64,000 nucleotides of DNA from NCBI GenBank assembly GCA_951406725.2, contig OX597820.1, positions 122,574,001-122,638,000 of the forward strand. The letters run 5' to 3'. Position numbers and translations under genes: made by a program. Shown here one piece after another: positions 1 through 14,215 of the stretch. Within the stretch, counting starts at the first letter, position 1; each line of letters opens with the position of its first letter. The stretch is from Octopus vulgaris. Lineage: Eukaryota. The notes below the pieces were generated by a model, which had not been told where the DNA came from, did no database searches, and was given only the letters and a program-made list of their open reading frames with translations.

Positions 1-1434
1 AGATGGCTTTTCTTGGATAGAATTATACTGAGGACTTCCTCCTGAAGCATGAACTGTTAGTATTACAATACTAGGTGTATGTTCAGAGAGATGTATTCCA
101 GCAATTACCAAACTTATTCTCAAATCCAAGCATTAACAGCAGCAAAACTGGTATCCGTTTTTGACTTGAAGTGCTACGTTTAAATATTGTCTGAGCAGGT
201 GTTAGAAATCGTTTGCAACTCGAGAAGGTATTTAGCAATAGACAGAATGCTCAGCTTGTAAAGATTTTGAATGGAATTTTACTCACCAGCGACACAAGTC
301 TTGTGATTAGGACCAGCATGTAGATCTCGGGGTTAAAAAGAGGTGAAATATTTAATAGATTCTTCTCTGAAACAATCAGATTGATCTGGTATCACCTCTT
401 CACTAGAATAGGATGAAATGAGATAATGTGAGGTAAATTCATGACTCATGAACAGGTAAAAATCAATACTTTTAACCAATCAATTATTTTAACCTCTACA
501 ATAATAAATATATAAAGAAAAAGGCGAAAAATAAAAGCTAGAAAAAGTTATAAAAAATAGGGTACAACATAGCTGAATTATTGTGGAAAGTCTGGATAAT
601 GGGGATGAATTGTTGATGAGGGGTCAGTGTGACCCTGTTACAATAGTTACCAACACAGTATAAAGAAGAGAGAGAGGGGGTGGGGTTATTTATTGTTGTC
701 ATAGACATGATTCAAGCATTAGAGATGGGTAAAGATCTAAAGTATTTGCATGAAAGGCATAACATTATTTCAGTTTCTTTCCTTGATTCAGAGTTCAAAT
801 TCAAGCAAGGCCACAGTTATTTTATTAATTTTTTTTTTTTCAAAATCTGTGACCATTTTGCCAGACTCTTTCTGTGGCTTTGTTTGTAGGTGTGGAAAGG
901 CAATTAGTTGAGAAGTAAATAAAAGATGCATTTGTGCAAGGAGTCTCATTTTCAAATAGGATTTCTGCACCTTGTTTTGGGGGTTTTAATTTTTGGATTT
1001 AAAATTTTGTCAGCATCTTCTGACAATCCATCTTCTGCCTCCAACTTCTTTGAGCTTCATTTGATCTTACTAATAACATTGATTTTGCATTGCTTCTTTT
1101 AGTGAACTTCTTTCCAAGTGCAGCAGGCAATCTTTTCTGTAATTATTTTTACCTCATATCAGTGATATGGCCAACAACGATAATAAACTGGTATCAGCTT
1201 GCTTAAATAGATCCTAAATTTCCTTTTTATAATGGAAACCTCTCATGATCACATTCATTATTGAGTAGATCTAATTTTGCTTTCTATAACTGCTTCAGTA
1301 GAATATAGATATAAATACGTGTGTTGAGGCTTATGCAGACAGTGTTTAGGTTTTGTAAGATGGTTAATCAGTAGATATGTTTTCCAGTTATTTTGCAATC
1401 AACATTTACATTCTGTCCCTTTTATTTTTTACAG

Positions 1435-2303
1435 ATCTTGCCGACTGGCTGCTGCTTCTGGGTTATGATGTACGGAGTTTAGCACCAGATGTCACTTATA
1501 CTGGTGAAATTCGAGGCCACAAGAAGGGTTGCCATGACGTCGAGTTGCTACCAACATCATCTGCATTTGAGTGCACTTTCCGCCGTGACATGGACAACTT
1601 ACTTATGATGTCAACTGTATCGAGTTCGAAAATCACACCAAAGCAGCCAACCCCTGTCTTAAAGCCAGCACATGTCCCTTTTATTCTTGGGAATGGAATC
1701 ATTCTATCAGTGGTTGATGAGCGTGTTCTTGTAAACTTTGTCGATAACACCCCAGAGATCTTACGTAAAACTGCCAGTGTTTTGTTGAACAATTCGGATA
1801 TTATTGATATGCACTTCACAATTAAAGGCAAAGCTATCCACTACTTTGTCAAAGTTGATACCAACCAGGCTGACATGGATCTTGGCAGTCTTAATTTACG
1901 GGGCAAGCCAGTGGTTTTCATGGAAAATGGTATCAACATCACAGTACACAAGATCCAACATACTGACGGCTTTCACGCAAGAAGCCACGAGGAAATCGAC
2001 ATTCGGTTGCACGGCAACTACAGTATCATGAACATTCGGTACGGGACTGATGCAACTCACGAGAAGCACCGGGTTCTGCAGCATGCTAAAGAGCGTGCCG
2101 TGATGCATGCTTGGGCTCGGGAGAAATATTGGCTGCAGAATAGCTTGCCAAGTGAATACCTGTGGTCCGAGCAAGAGAAATATGAAATCAAAACTGTAGG
2201 TTATGCTGAAGGATATATCGGGATATACATTCGAAATCCTGAAGAATATCCAGAGCTCGCTGATGATTGCAATAATATTAGGCTGCTTAAAAGGACAAGA
2301 TAA
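1435..2303 (+). CDS. TENM: Teneurin (Ten-m/Ten-a/odz family) terminal coding exon: post-RHS region, ABD and Tox-GHH/TCAP C-terminus
   Basis: Polypyrimidine tract and ACAG acceptor end at 1434 (phase 1, D split codon). The frame reads DLADWLLLLGYDV...HFTIKGKAIHYFVK...IRYGT...EKHRVLQHAKERAVMHAWARE...WSEQEK...GYAEGYIG...YPELADDCNNIRLL to TAA at 2301-2303, matching teneurin C-terminal motifs. The ORF-track ATG at 1377 is intronic. Paralog identity is not resolvable. Confidence 0.95.
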
Positions 2304-2584
2304 AATAATAATAATAATAATAATGATAATAATTATTATTCCTTATTTTGTAAAGAAATAAAAAAAAAATGCAGTAAAAAAATTTTAAAAATTAAATAAA
2401 GACAAGATAAAATGAAACAAAAGGAAACATTTTAAATAAACAAAATAATTGCAGAACCAACATAGAGACAACCTTAAAGAAAAAAAAAAATCTAAATTTT
2501 AAAAATAATATAAAAATGAAAGCAAAAGATTTTTAAAATGTGACAATAACACCTGCGATATATAAAACATTTACTAAATGTATG

Positions 2585-2618
<34 letters not shown>

Positions 2619-4239
2619 TATATATATATATATGCATGCATGTGTGTGTGCATATATATATGTATATATGCACATCATATATGTCATACATGTCATACAT
2701 ACATACGCATGTATGTATGCATAAAAAAATGTTGTATGAATATATATATGTACATGCATATACAAATCAAAATACATCTATAAACATGCAGATGTTACAG
2801 AGAAAAAAAAAAACAACAAAATATTGCTTATTTGTGAAAGGAAGAGATAAAAACACCATAAACTAATGAAAGTGGTGCGTGCGAGGGAGCGTGTATAGAT
2901 CTGTATATATATAAATATATATATATGTATATATATACATATATATATATACACATATAATGTGTGTGCATGTAAAGATATATGTATATGTGCATATATA
3001 TATATATGTGTGTGTAATAAAAATGTAGGCATGTGTGTGTATATATGTGTACGTGTATATATATGTATATATATGTTTGTGTATATATATATGTACATAT
3101 ATGTATGTGTGTATAAATGTATATATACACATACAGATATATATGAACTTGGGATGCAAATTAAACAACAATTAGTAGAATTTAAAATGATAAAAAGACA
3201 TTTTTTTATAGTCTTGTTTTCATTTCATGGAGGAGATTTTGGGTTTGACAGAACCAGTGTACGCTTGGAGTGAGAAAGAGAGAGAGAACAAATGAGCGAA
3301 TGAACGTCAATGCTGAGATATTTCAGAAGTCTCTTTTTCTTCTTTTATTTTTTCCAAAGAAAACATTTTTTTCCAACTTAAGGGGTGAAGAAGAAAAAGA
3401 TTAAATTAATTGAAATAAACTAAAACTATTAAATGATTTAAAAAAAAAAAAAAATGGGAAAATTGTGAGGAAAAAAAAATTCCTAAAATTTTTCCAATGC
3501 ACCTCCCAAAAACTGTTCCCCTCCAATTGAATCCCCTATTGGCCCTTGTTTACCACGACCTAGAACAACCCCCATCCCACTACTACCGCTGCTGCTGCTG
3601 CTGTCACAACTACCATGGAAGAAAAGAAAGAAGGAAGAAAATTAAATAAATCCAATAACAATTCTATTTTTTTTATTTAATTTTTGGTGGGATTAAAACA
3701 GCATCAAAACAGTGAATGATGAAGTACAAAACAGCTACACCACCAACGTCAGTACCACCACTACCAACAACAACAGCAACAACAACACCAACAATTGCAC
3801 TAATAAAAAGAAGAACAAGATGAATAAAAACTGCAAACAACGAGAACAACTCTGATTAATGAAACTGGGAACAGGACTAAATGGAGGAGGTTTAAAATAA
3901 TTAATTAATTAATAAAATGAAAAAGAATAATTAGTTGAAGTAAACAACACAAACATCAGCTATAACAATAATAATAATAATGATAATAATAATAACAACA
4001 ACAATAATTACAATATGAGCCATGATATTGAGTAATATTAAAATGATCTTGTATTAACAAAAACATGAAAGAGAGAGTAAGGAGAGAGAGAATGAGAGAG
4101 TAAGAGGAAAGAGAGAGAAAGAGAGAGCAGTTGCCCCTTTGTAGCTACTTCCGCAAATTGGAAAACCTTCCCGTAAAATGTGATACAGACATTCTACAGT
4201 TCTTCCAGCAACACAAACACACACACAGACACATGTATG

Positions 4240-4272
<33 letters not shown>

Positions 4273-4328
4273 GCTCACATATATGGTGAATATATATGTG
4301 TGTGTGTGTATATATATATATATATGTG

Positions 4329-4365
<37 letters not shown>

Positions 4366-5649
4366 TGTATATATATATATATATATATATATAGTATATA
4401 TAAATATATATATATATATATAAAGTGTATATATATATATATAGTATATATAATGGATGCACATATATATGTATGTGCATATATGTGTGTCTGTGAGTAC
4501 ACACATATGTATATACATAGAGAGAGAGAGGTGGGAAGAGATAGACAGAAAGAGATAATATGCATTTGTATAAATGTTTTATGTAAGTGGTAGGTTTGTG
4601 TCTGTGTGTCTCTGTATAGATCTATGTGTGTGTGGAGGGGTTTTGTGCTTGTGTATACACAGCTACACACACACACACACAGCCATCTTCTGATTGCTTT
4701 CTCCTGATTCTGACATAATCCTCCAAACTCTTTTCCTTCTTCATCTTATCACCACCATCCACCACAACCAACATTTCCTTCTCTCCCCCCACCCATCCTC
4801 TATGCAACAACTACTTACTCTCCCTTTCTCCTTTCTCTCCATCAGCCCATTCACTAAACACGTGTTTATCTCTTCTCTTTTTGCTGTTTCTTGCTAAACA
4901 ATGCCATTTTATGAGCTTTCTTTCTTACCGGATCGCTTCAAACTGTTTACTTGTCTATGACTGTGTGCATGAGCTTTCATACGTCTGTCTGTCTGTCAGT
5001 CTATCTATTTATACACATACATATGAATATCCGAATCAAGTGAGATTAAATCTGGATGTATCTAACCCTAAGTTCAAAATTTAATCCAAATTATCTCACC
5101 TTGCTTTAGATGTCTGATGTGTCTTTGCCTCATTCCCCCCTCCCTTACCCAGGTACACTCACCTCATAAACAAAGGAAGAAAGGTAGAGACTGAGTGCAG
5201 AAACAAGTGTTCGTGTATTCAGGAGGAACAGAATGCGGAGGATGGAGCTGTGCTTCACACATTCTCCCTTCATTCTCTACACAATCAACAATGCACATGT
5301 GATCTGCTACATGTTTGCTTTATATATATGTATATACATGCACACAAACGTGTGTGTGTATGTATGTATATATATATATACATGTATATATATATATATG
5401 TATATATATACACACACACACACACATATTCACAAATATATGATGATGGGTGTATTTTGTTCAGATATATGTGTATATAATAATTCCATGTACACACACA
5501 CACACACACATACACACACACACACACCGCACATGCGTGTGTGAATAGCTGGTGGGAGATCTGTATGAATGTAAACTCTATTGTTGCTATTAAGCTCTTC
5601 TTTTAATTTTCATCACCTTTTTCCCTTATCAGTTTCATCATCATCATCG

Positions 5650-5680
<31 letters not shown>

Positions 5681-5685
5681 CATCG

Positions 5686-5940
5686 TTAAGGTGGCACACA
5701 AGCAGAGCTGGGAATAAACTGGACAAATGTTTTAGCAGCAGTTCTTGTGGCTAAAGAGCCATTAGAACTGCTGCTAAAACTCAGAATGTAAAGACATTCT
5801 GAGTTCAAATAAGGCAAGGTCCACTTTGACTTTCCTTCTTCCAGGGGTGATAACATTAAGTACCTGTTAAATACTGGAGTTGATATAATTGACTAATCCA
5901 CTACCCCTAGTATTGCTGGCCTTGTGTCAAAATTTGAAAC
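5686..5940 (+). mobile_element. Degenerate SINE, family A
   Basis: AAGGTGGC start, TTCTGAGTTCAAAT B-box-like motif, CTTTGACTTTCCTTCTTCCAGGGGTGATAA core and GGCCTTGTGTCAAAATTTGAAAC tail, similar to the 47559 copy. Confidence 0.6.
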
Positions 5941-8900
5941 TAATTATTACTATCATCATTAACCTGAAGTCCATATAATATGAGAATCATTTAAAATTAT
6001 TTCTGCTCATCTATGAATTTATAGGTTTGTGCTATTATTGATATTATTATTATTATTAATACTATTATTATTATTGTAAATAACATCATCAACACAAGCC
6101 ACTGCATCATCATCATCATCGTCATTATCATTATTGTTATCCAGATTGGCAGGTAGATAGGTGAGGGTTTAACTGATAAAAGAGGGCTATCTATTGAAAT
6201 TCAGGCATTCGTTTTGCTTAAACTAAAAACAAATATAGAAGCACACACACACAAAGGAAAGTGACAAGATTCCCGACATTTGACCAGAAATTTTCCTTGG
6301 GCATATACATAGACACAAGTGCATCCATACACATGTCATGCCACTGGTGGTGTCTCTATTGATGTGACATTGTATCATACGTGGTCCTTGATTAAACCTA
6401 TCATGACACACCAAGACAAACAAAATATCTTAAGGCTGTCATAGTTAATAGCTAAATCGCTTTGAACATGGTTTTTTTTTTTGGTTTTTTTTTTTGCCTG
6501 GAGATGGTTTCTCCAAGAAATATGTAGAATTAAGTGAAAGAGAGAGTGGGATGTGGGGGCAGAGGAGAGAAAATGTGTCACCCTGACAGTAAACCAAACT
6601 GATTTTTTGCCAGCAGTACACTTGCCTCCATCAAATATGATTTTTATTTCTATTTGTCAAGAGTTACTTACAACTGCTCACAGCTGTCGTTATTCCTCTT
6701 TTGCTCTCTCATTCACATCTTTCCTTTCTTCCTTTCTTTTACTCTCTCTCTCTCTCTCCATATATGTGTGTGCGTATGCATTAATGTCTGCATAATGTGT
6801 AAGTGTGAGTGCATCCTTACGTGCATGTTGCTGTTAAGGTGTGCTCTGTATTTACATTTGCTCAGTTAAACAAATAAAATGTCATCTCTAATGGATTCTT
6901 ACAGCCACCCACACTCTCTGAAAGTCTCCCAAACATCAATGATTCTATCAAGCACAACAGAGAGCAAGCTTTTATTACCTACATTCACAAACATACTTCA
7001 ACATACATCAACACCAGCCACTCTTTTTACGCTGCACATTTCTACCATGTGTGTGCATGGGTGAGTTTGTTACAAAATCATAAACTCACAAATAGGAAAC
7101 TGAATTACACACACATACACACACATCTGAAGGTGTAGATAGATCACAAGTTAGCCACTATCGAGGTAAAGACTGGAGAAGTTGAAACCCATCAAATGAA
7201 CAATACTGTATGACATGAATCATTTCATTACAAGATGCACTGGAATTAGATCTTGCAGTCGAAACGTTGCATGAGATCAAACAAAGCAGAGCAGTTTGTG
7301 AGAAAGACCTTTATTATGTATGTACTAATATATGAACGTATATATATGTATATATATATTTACCATAATATACTAATACATATATATCACCATAATTGAA
7401 TGTCCCTGCTTCTGGCTGGCATCGGTTTTATACACACACACACCTACCACCCCCACCCACACACCTGCATATTATTTATGGTTAAGTGTATATATATATA
7501 TATATGAGGCTGAATTTGGCTGACTTATATAGGTTTATATGTTGATGTGTGTGTGTGTGTGGAGAGAGAGAGTGAGATGCTTTAATATACGTATGCATAT
7601 ACACTCATACATCATAAAAGACCTCCATATGGCTTTTGTCTAAATTACTACTATTACTACTACTATTACTATAATAAATAAGCCAATGGAACTGCACATC
7701 TCTCTCTCTCTCTCTCTCTCTCTCCTCCTTTCTCTCTCTCTCTCTCTCCTCCTTTCTCTCTCTCTTTCACTTCCATTCGGACAGTGCATCTTGGCTGGCG
7801 CTGTGCCATTGAGCCGTCCCTTCCTACCCTGGTGCCTAAGTTCAGCAAAGTAGTACAATAAGTATTAAGTGTGTGAGGAGGCACCAAAGAGAAGAAGTAG
7901 AGTCCAGCTGCTCTGGCTTCCTCTTCTGCCTCCTCCTCTTCCTCCTCCTCCTCCTCCTCCCTTTTAAAATGTGGTATTCCAAGAAAACAAAACAAAAGCA
8001 AAACAAAACAAAAGCAAAACAAAAAAAATGACTAATCCTGCACAGGTTTTGTCTCCATGGCTAGTAATCAAACGTGCAGTAATCAAACGCTGCTAATTAA
8101 ACATTGTCCCAGTCTCCCCACCCCCCGCCATCTACTCCCCCACCCCCCAATATCTGTGACATGTATAAACCTAGTATTTAATAATGATTGCACATCCAAA
8201 ATAGGTGCTTGAGGATTTATTTTCGTTTCTGTTTTAGTTTTTTTTCCCTTTTTTTTTTCAATTTTTTTCTTAACTTCTATATTAAAAATAAGCAAAATGC
8301 GTTGCATTTTCATGCACTAACCGGTAAATATCAATGTTTTGTGTAGGCATTAGGCTCTCTATTGACTATTCTGTGTAGGAGTGTGTGGTTGTGCTATAAT
8401 GAAAAAAACATCACTGTTTTGCTGGGGGTCATTTCTTTTATCAAGTCTGTTTTCAAGGTTATTTTCATATTTTCACAGGAGTTCCTTGATGTTTGTTTTA
8501 AACAGGACAATTTCTTAAACTCCATCATCAGCCTTCCTCTACCTTTGTAGTAACATCTTCGAGATGCTTTGATGTTGGCCTACATTACTGCTTTTTTTAG
8601 AGTAGGCAGATCCTACCGAATAATTACTGCTGGAATTTTAATTTTGACAGATTTATACATCATCAGCGAGGGCTTTTCTTGCTTCTGGTTTGTGACTAGA
8701 CTGTGTTGTTTGTGTGTTTATTTTAGGTACAAACCACACACAAAGGCCATTATATAAATTAAATATATTGAAACTAGAGAATAGATAAATAAAAATATAA
8801 ACGTCATAAAATTGAATCCAAAATATATTACATTAAATCATTAACACGGATAATATTTCACCTTCATATTCAATAACGAATGACTGTAGGCATGGAAACC

Positions 8901-9635
8901 CATCGACAAACTAGCGCAAAGGACTTCTGAGAAATGGAAATTAGGAATACGATTGTAAAGTCGTAAAGATCACAACTATCCCTATGTGATATTGTGTCGT
9001 ACTTGTGTCTAGTAATAGTAGACTCTTGTGTGTCCACTTTACACATTGCTACAAAAACAACAATTGCAAGGTAATAAAAACAGACAAATGAATTCGAATT
9101 AAGGATTTAATAGTTAAAAGAATACTCAGAGCATGGCTGAATGTTAATTAAACACACGCACACACAGGTAACAGACACAAGTAAATACACACAGGTAAAA
9201 TACAGGAGTCATAAAGTAAAACATACACTTGATTGATGACACAGAAATATAAGAGTCAAACTTAAAATTCTGGTAGTCATGACAACAACAACCAGAACAA
9301 GGAAACAAAGGGAAGACGATAGTGCATTCAGTGAATTAACTGGGCTGAATAAACGGATGTCAGCTCATCAAATATTGAGTCTGGAAAGGCCTTGAGCAAA
9401 GAAACAGAAGAGTTTGGGCTTTCTCTAAAAGAAAAGCCATTCTCATTATTGTGTGTATATGTGTGTGTGTGTGTATATGTGTGTGTGTAAATACAAACAA
9501 ATAAAGCTAACCAAACACACGGTAATTTACAGATAGGTTTGTGTATATAGTGTGTATATATATGTATGTATGTATATATATCTGTATGTATGTATATATA
9601 TATATATATACTTTATTTAAAAGCAGCAGAAATTC

Positions 9636-9688
9636 AACAAAACCTGTTACTCGGAGTTTCACGTTTCCGTTCGTCGGACAGTTTTGTT
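9636..9688 (-). ncRNA. Minimal type I hammerhead ribozyme, U4C core variant, in a short repeat fragment (about 9611-9760)
   Basis: Minus strand reads AACAAAACTGT CCGACGA ACG-GAAA-CGT GAAAC TCCGA GTA ACAGGTTTTGTT: 11-bp stem I with one bulge, GNRA-capped stem II, near-palindromic stem III. Confidence 0.75.
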
Positions 9689-9763
9689 AAAATTCTACCC
9701 CTGGTATTTGAGTACTCTTTTTTTCCACCTTGTTTCACATTTATGTGTTTACTCTGGTATATA

Positions 9764-9813
<50 letters not shown>

Positions 9814-10308
9814 ATGTGTTTGTGTGTATATATATATATGTATATATATACACATATATATATATGATGAAGGTATGTATGTAAATATGAATGCATATGC
9901 ATAAAAATACCTATGTATCTGTCTTTAGGAGATGCTTACAGATTTATGAGTACCTATGTTCATGAATTTCTACACACATACTGATGAATGTGTTTGTGTG
10001 TGCCATTTATATATACAAACAAAATACATGTGCAATATAATTTTTGAATTATGTAGGACAATTAGATATGCATTTGCCATGTATATATATATATATTTAA
10101 ATATATATATATATATATATGTATATAGATATATATGTATATATGTGTGTATATATGTATATGTATATATGTGTGTGTGACGCTAAACGATGATGATGAT
10201 GATGATGATGTATATATGTGTGTGTATATATATATATGTATACATATGCATATATGTATATATATGTATACATATGTATATATATGTATGTATATATGTA
10301 TGTATATG

Positions 10309-10339
<31 letters not shown>

Positions 10340-10407
10340 GTATATGTATATATATGTATGTATATATATAGTTGTATATATATGTATATATATTTATATG
10401 TATATGC

Positions 10408-10443
<36 letters not shown>

Positions 10444-10904
10444 TTGCTCCTATATGTAGAGAGACACACGCACACATTCATGGGATGTGGGTATTATGTC
10501 CTCCCGTTTAGAATTAATTACTCAATTATAATTCTGAAAGTGAATAAAATATTCAATCCATCATCTTTAGTCCAGCAAAATATATTTTCTTGGAGTAATG
10601 GTTATGGATTAAATATATATAAACATAGATATATATTTATACACCGATACACACACACACACAGAAAGATAGATGGATTAGTAGATAGATGTATGTAATC
10701 CTTATCATCATTCCACATTCATTTTCCATAATTGCATTGTCTGATATCATTTATTGAATGGATTTTCTGGGATCGGATACCCTTTGAGTTGCCGACCCTC
10801 ACCTGTCTCCAGGTGCGGTGGTCATTCTATCTAACAGTTAAACATCATTTTCATGAGGGTGATAATTGTTTACAAGCACCACATGTGGCATAAACACGCA
10901 GACA

Positions 10905-11275
10905 CATGGGCTGTTTCCAGTTTCCATCTACCAAATCCACCTGCAATGTTTTGGATGGCCCAGGGCTATAAAAGAAACACTTGTCCAAAGTATCAAGAAG
11001 GTTTTGAATGGCCCAGGGCTATAAAAGAAATACTTGTCCAAAGTGTCAAGAAGGTTTTGGATGGCCCAGGGCTATAAAAGAAACACTTGTCCAAAGTGTC
11101 AAGAAGGTTTTGGATGGCCCAGGGCTATAAAAGAAACACTTGTCCAAAGTGTCAAGAAGGTTTTGGATGGCCCAGGGCTATAAAAGAAACACTTGTCCAA
11201 AGTGTCAAGAAGTGGCATGGAACCTAAGGCTTACATGGTTGGGAAGCAAATTCCTCGACCACACAACGATGCCTA
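10905..11275 (-). mobile_element. SINE family B 5' part with an internal tandem amplification
   Basis: TTTCCATCTACCAAATCCAC...CATGGTTGGGAAGCAAA...ACCACAC matches the reverse complement of the family B head (compare 28970-29123). Confidence 0.75.
10948..11212. repeat. Minisatellite, 5 x 53 bp
   Basis: Unit GTTTTGGATGGCCCAGGGCTATAAAAGAAACACTTGTCCAAAGTGTCAAGAAG starts at 10948, 11001, 11054, 11107 and 11160, near identical and with no spacers. Confidence 0.95.
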
Positions 11276-12020
11276 CATCTCTCTCTCTAACTATATATCT
11301 CTCTGTCTATCTATATATATATATATATATACACTTGTATATCACACACACACACACGTACATATGTGAGCGTGCCTGGCTCTATGAAGGTCACTCGTTG
11401 CTAGTGGTGTTTTTGTCAGTTATCTTGTTGACAAGTTCCCTGCATACTTTGTGCCTTCAGCCACATGAAATAGGAGACCTCTACTTGAAAAGCAAAGAAG
11501 GTTTAGCCAGAAGAAGAAGGACGTCCAAGTGTGAAGCAATGTTTCAATAGAATACTCATCTAACCCATGTATGTATGAAAAGAACAGATGTAAAACTGAA
11601 TGAATGTTCCTACATGTGTAATAATACATGCATTGATACAGCTGTATATTTTATATAGCAACAAAATCTTAGGTCCACATGCACACATGGACTCCAACAC
11701 ATATTTACGCATATAGATTTATCTAATGTGTACTACTGAATTCATGTGTATGTTTGTAAGCGTTTGTGTGGTAATCTCTGTGTAAGTATGTTTGTTTAAA
11801 TAATATGTAAGTGTTTATGATGTGTATGCCTGCAAATGCAATGTACATTTCCAGTTCCTTGTTCCAGTTCTACCATTCTCTTTTGTTTGACTGTTTTCTC
11901 ACCGTATACACTTTTGTTGGAATCAACACTGCATTCCTTATTGCAGTTTAAACAAATCTATACAGACAAGTGATACAAATGGCTGAATCTTTATGATGTG
12001 CCTGCAAGTGTGGTCCCAAT

Positions 12021-12074
<54 letters not shown>

Positions 12075-12110
12075 ATAAACAATACCTCTTATGTGTTTAA
12101 AGGTACACTG

Positions 12111-12177
<67 letters not shown>

Positions 12178-12968
12178 ATATATATTAGTTAATGTTTGGT
12201 ACATGGGTTTACAAGCTTATATTTTGATGCTGCATGCATTTTCATTGTGCCCCTAAGCAAGACACAAGATTCTACCTGCCCTCGGTTCAAAGTTAGCTGC
12301 GGAAAATAAGATATTTAATTTTATGTGTGTGTGTGTGTGTACGTGTGCAGTTTTGTATATATATATATATGTGTGTGTTTATATATCTATATCTATATAT
12401 ACATACATATATATATATATATATACATATATATGTATGTATGTATGTATGCATGTATGTATATAGGCGGCAATGCTTTTGTATCCCATTGATTGGTAAT
12501 GGGGGGGAAAGACAAGATCTTGTTTAGATCCTGTGATAGATTTCAAGGAATATTTCTCGGTACATCTTGATCAATTAATTGATGGATGGATAAAATAGCT
12601 TGATTAATTGATTGATTAATTTGTTCTAGGTGGAGAAGGAAATGATAAATAGAAAAATGTGATGAAAAATAAACTTTTTTTATAGAAACTTACTGGAGGG
12701 CCAACCTGTAATAAATTGTTAGTTGAGCATGTTCTATGCAGGATTGAAATTTAAAATGAAAAAAAAAAAAAATCTCTCTTTCTTTATCTCTTTCTCCATC
12801 TCTCTTCCCTTCACTCACTCCCCCACCCTCTCTTTCTCATCTGCTTTTGAAAACTTAGATCTTGTTGCTAAACAAAGATCAAACATAGAAAAAAAAAAAA
12901 ATAGAATTGACGAAACTGAAAAAAAAAAAATGTATGTTTACACAATTCAACACCTACTTTTCCTATAC

Positions 12969-13002
<34 letters not shown>

Positions 13003-13218
13003 ATATATATATATGTATGTATATATATATATATATGTGTGAGTGTGTGTGTGTGTGCGTGCGTATGTGTGTGTGTGTATATATATATATATATACATAC
13101 TGTTCTACAATGAGAAATAGACTCCAACAAAACATACTTGCCATATCTTTTTTTAATTGCAGCTGGACCAAACAACATTTTGTTAGCTATGTATTTTTTT
13201 TTTTAATTTTGGAGTATG

Positions 13219-13257
<39 letters not shown>

Positions 13258-13589
13258 CATTGATATTATTATTTTCCCTACATATGTAGAAATATATCTA
13301 TGAACATATGTATGCAAACACACACCCACACATGCAATGATTTACCTACACACAGTGACGACAGACTGGAGGTCATTATCAAAAAGAGAAAAATGTCAAT
13401 AAAAGACAAAAAGAATCCCTCATGTAACCAATCTTTTTCCATTTTGATTTTGTAGAATATGAAAATAAATTAACAACAATATAAAAAAAGTCATCTCTTA
13501 TTATTATTATTATTACTATTATTGTTGTTGTTGCTGTTGTTTCCAATGGGTTCAAGCAAGTTTCATTGCTACTTACATGTTCTTGAGAT

Positions 13590-13645
13590 TACTATTATTA
13601 TTATTATTAACATTATTAATATTATCATTATTATTATAATTATTA

Positions 13646-13682
<37 letters not shown>

Positions 13683-13805
13683 CATCATTATTGTTATTAT
13701 TATCATTATTATTACTATTATTATTATTGTTGTTATTATTATCATCATTGATATTATTATCATTATTGTTATTATTATTATTATCATTATTACTATTGCA
13801 ATTAT
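13590..13805. repeat. Imperfect (ATT)n microsatellite
   Basis: Visible directly; source of the poly-I and poly-N ORFs. Confidence 0.95.
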
Positions 13806-13808
13806 GTA

Positions 13809-14215
13809 ACTTGTTATTCTCTTCAAGTGAACATTTTTCCAGTTGAAATACACCGAAAAATGGTGACACAGCAGTCAAAAATCGTAAAAATAGGGATTTT
13901 CATAGAAAAAAAGCACCTTTTTGATGTAAATAATTTTTGGGTGTTAACATGGTCCGATTTGAATTTTATCTTCTACAGAATGAAGAGCAAGCCTTCTTCT
14001 ATCATACTCTCAATTTTGGTCAACTTGCGCTGCAGGGTCTTGGAGGAGATAGTGTTAGTCGAAGGCTACCAAACCTGCCATACACAGACAACTTCAGCTT
14101 TATATATATAGATTTCCATCCTTAATAATGAAACTTGGTAGATCCAAAAGTTAAACACACAGACACACACACAGATACACACACAGACACACAAGTTGAG
14201 TTTTATGTATATAGA
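13809..14215 (-). mobile_element. Helitron-like non-autonomous remnants with two nested 5' ends
   Basis: Minus-strand TCTATATA(C/T)ATAAA...TGTCTGTG starts at 14215 and 14112 resemble the 5' ends at 41491 and 63094. The 3' end is degenerate. Confidence 0.5.

Larger units (their letters stand above)
2304..13500 (+). other. Putative long teneurin 3' UTR (end uncertain)
   Basis: Follows the stop codon. Consists of simple repeats and unique sequence with very few transposons, unlike the region beyond about 13.8 kb. Candidate AATAAA at 13464-13469 is followed by a TTG/GT-rich tract near 13520. Many earlier AATAAA hexamers also exist. Confidence 0.35.

Noticed and set aside
1377-1434. ATG start of the 308-aa ORF
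   Set aside because: Intronic polypyrimidine tract; teneurin similarity begins at the AG acceptor
7225-7277. ACTG...CAGT-CGAAACGTT hammerhead-like half
   Set aside because: The core reads TACAAGA and stem I is poor; at most an old relic
10948-11212. Regular repeats resembling a CRISPR array
   Set aside because: Head-to-tail units without unique spacers, SINE-derived, eukaryotic context, no cas genes
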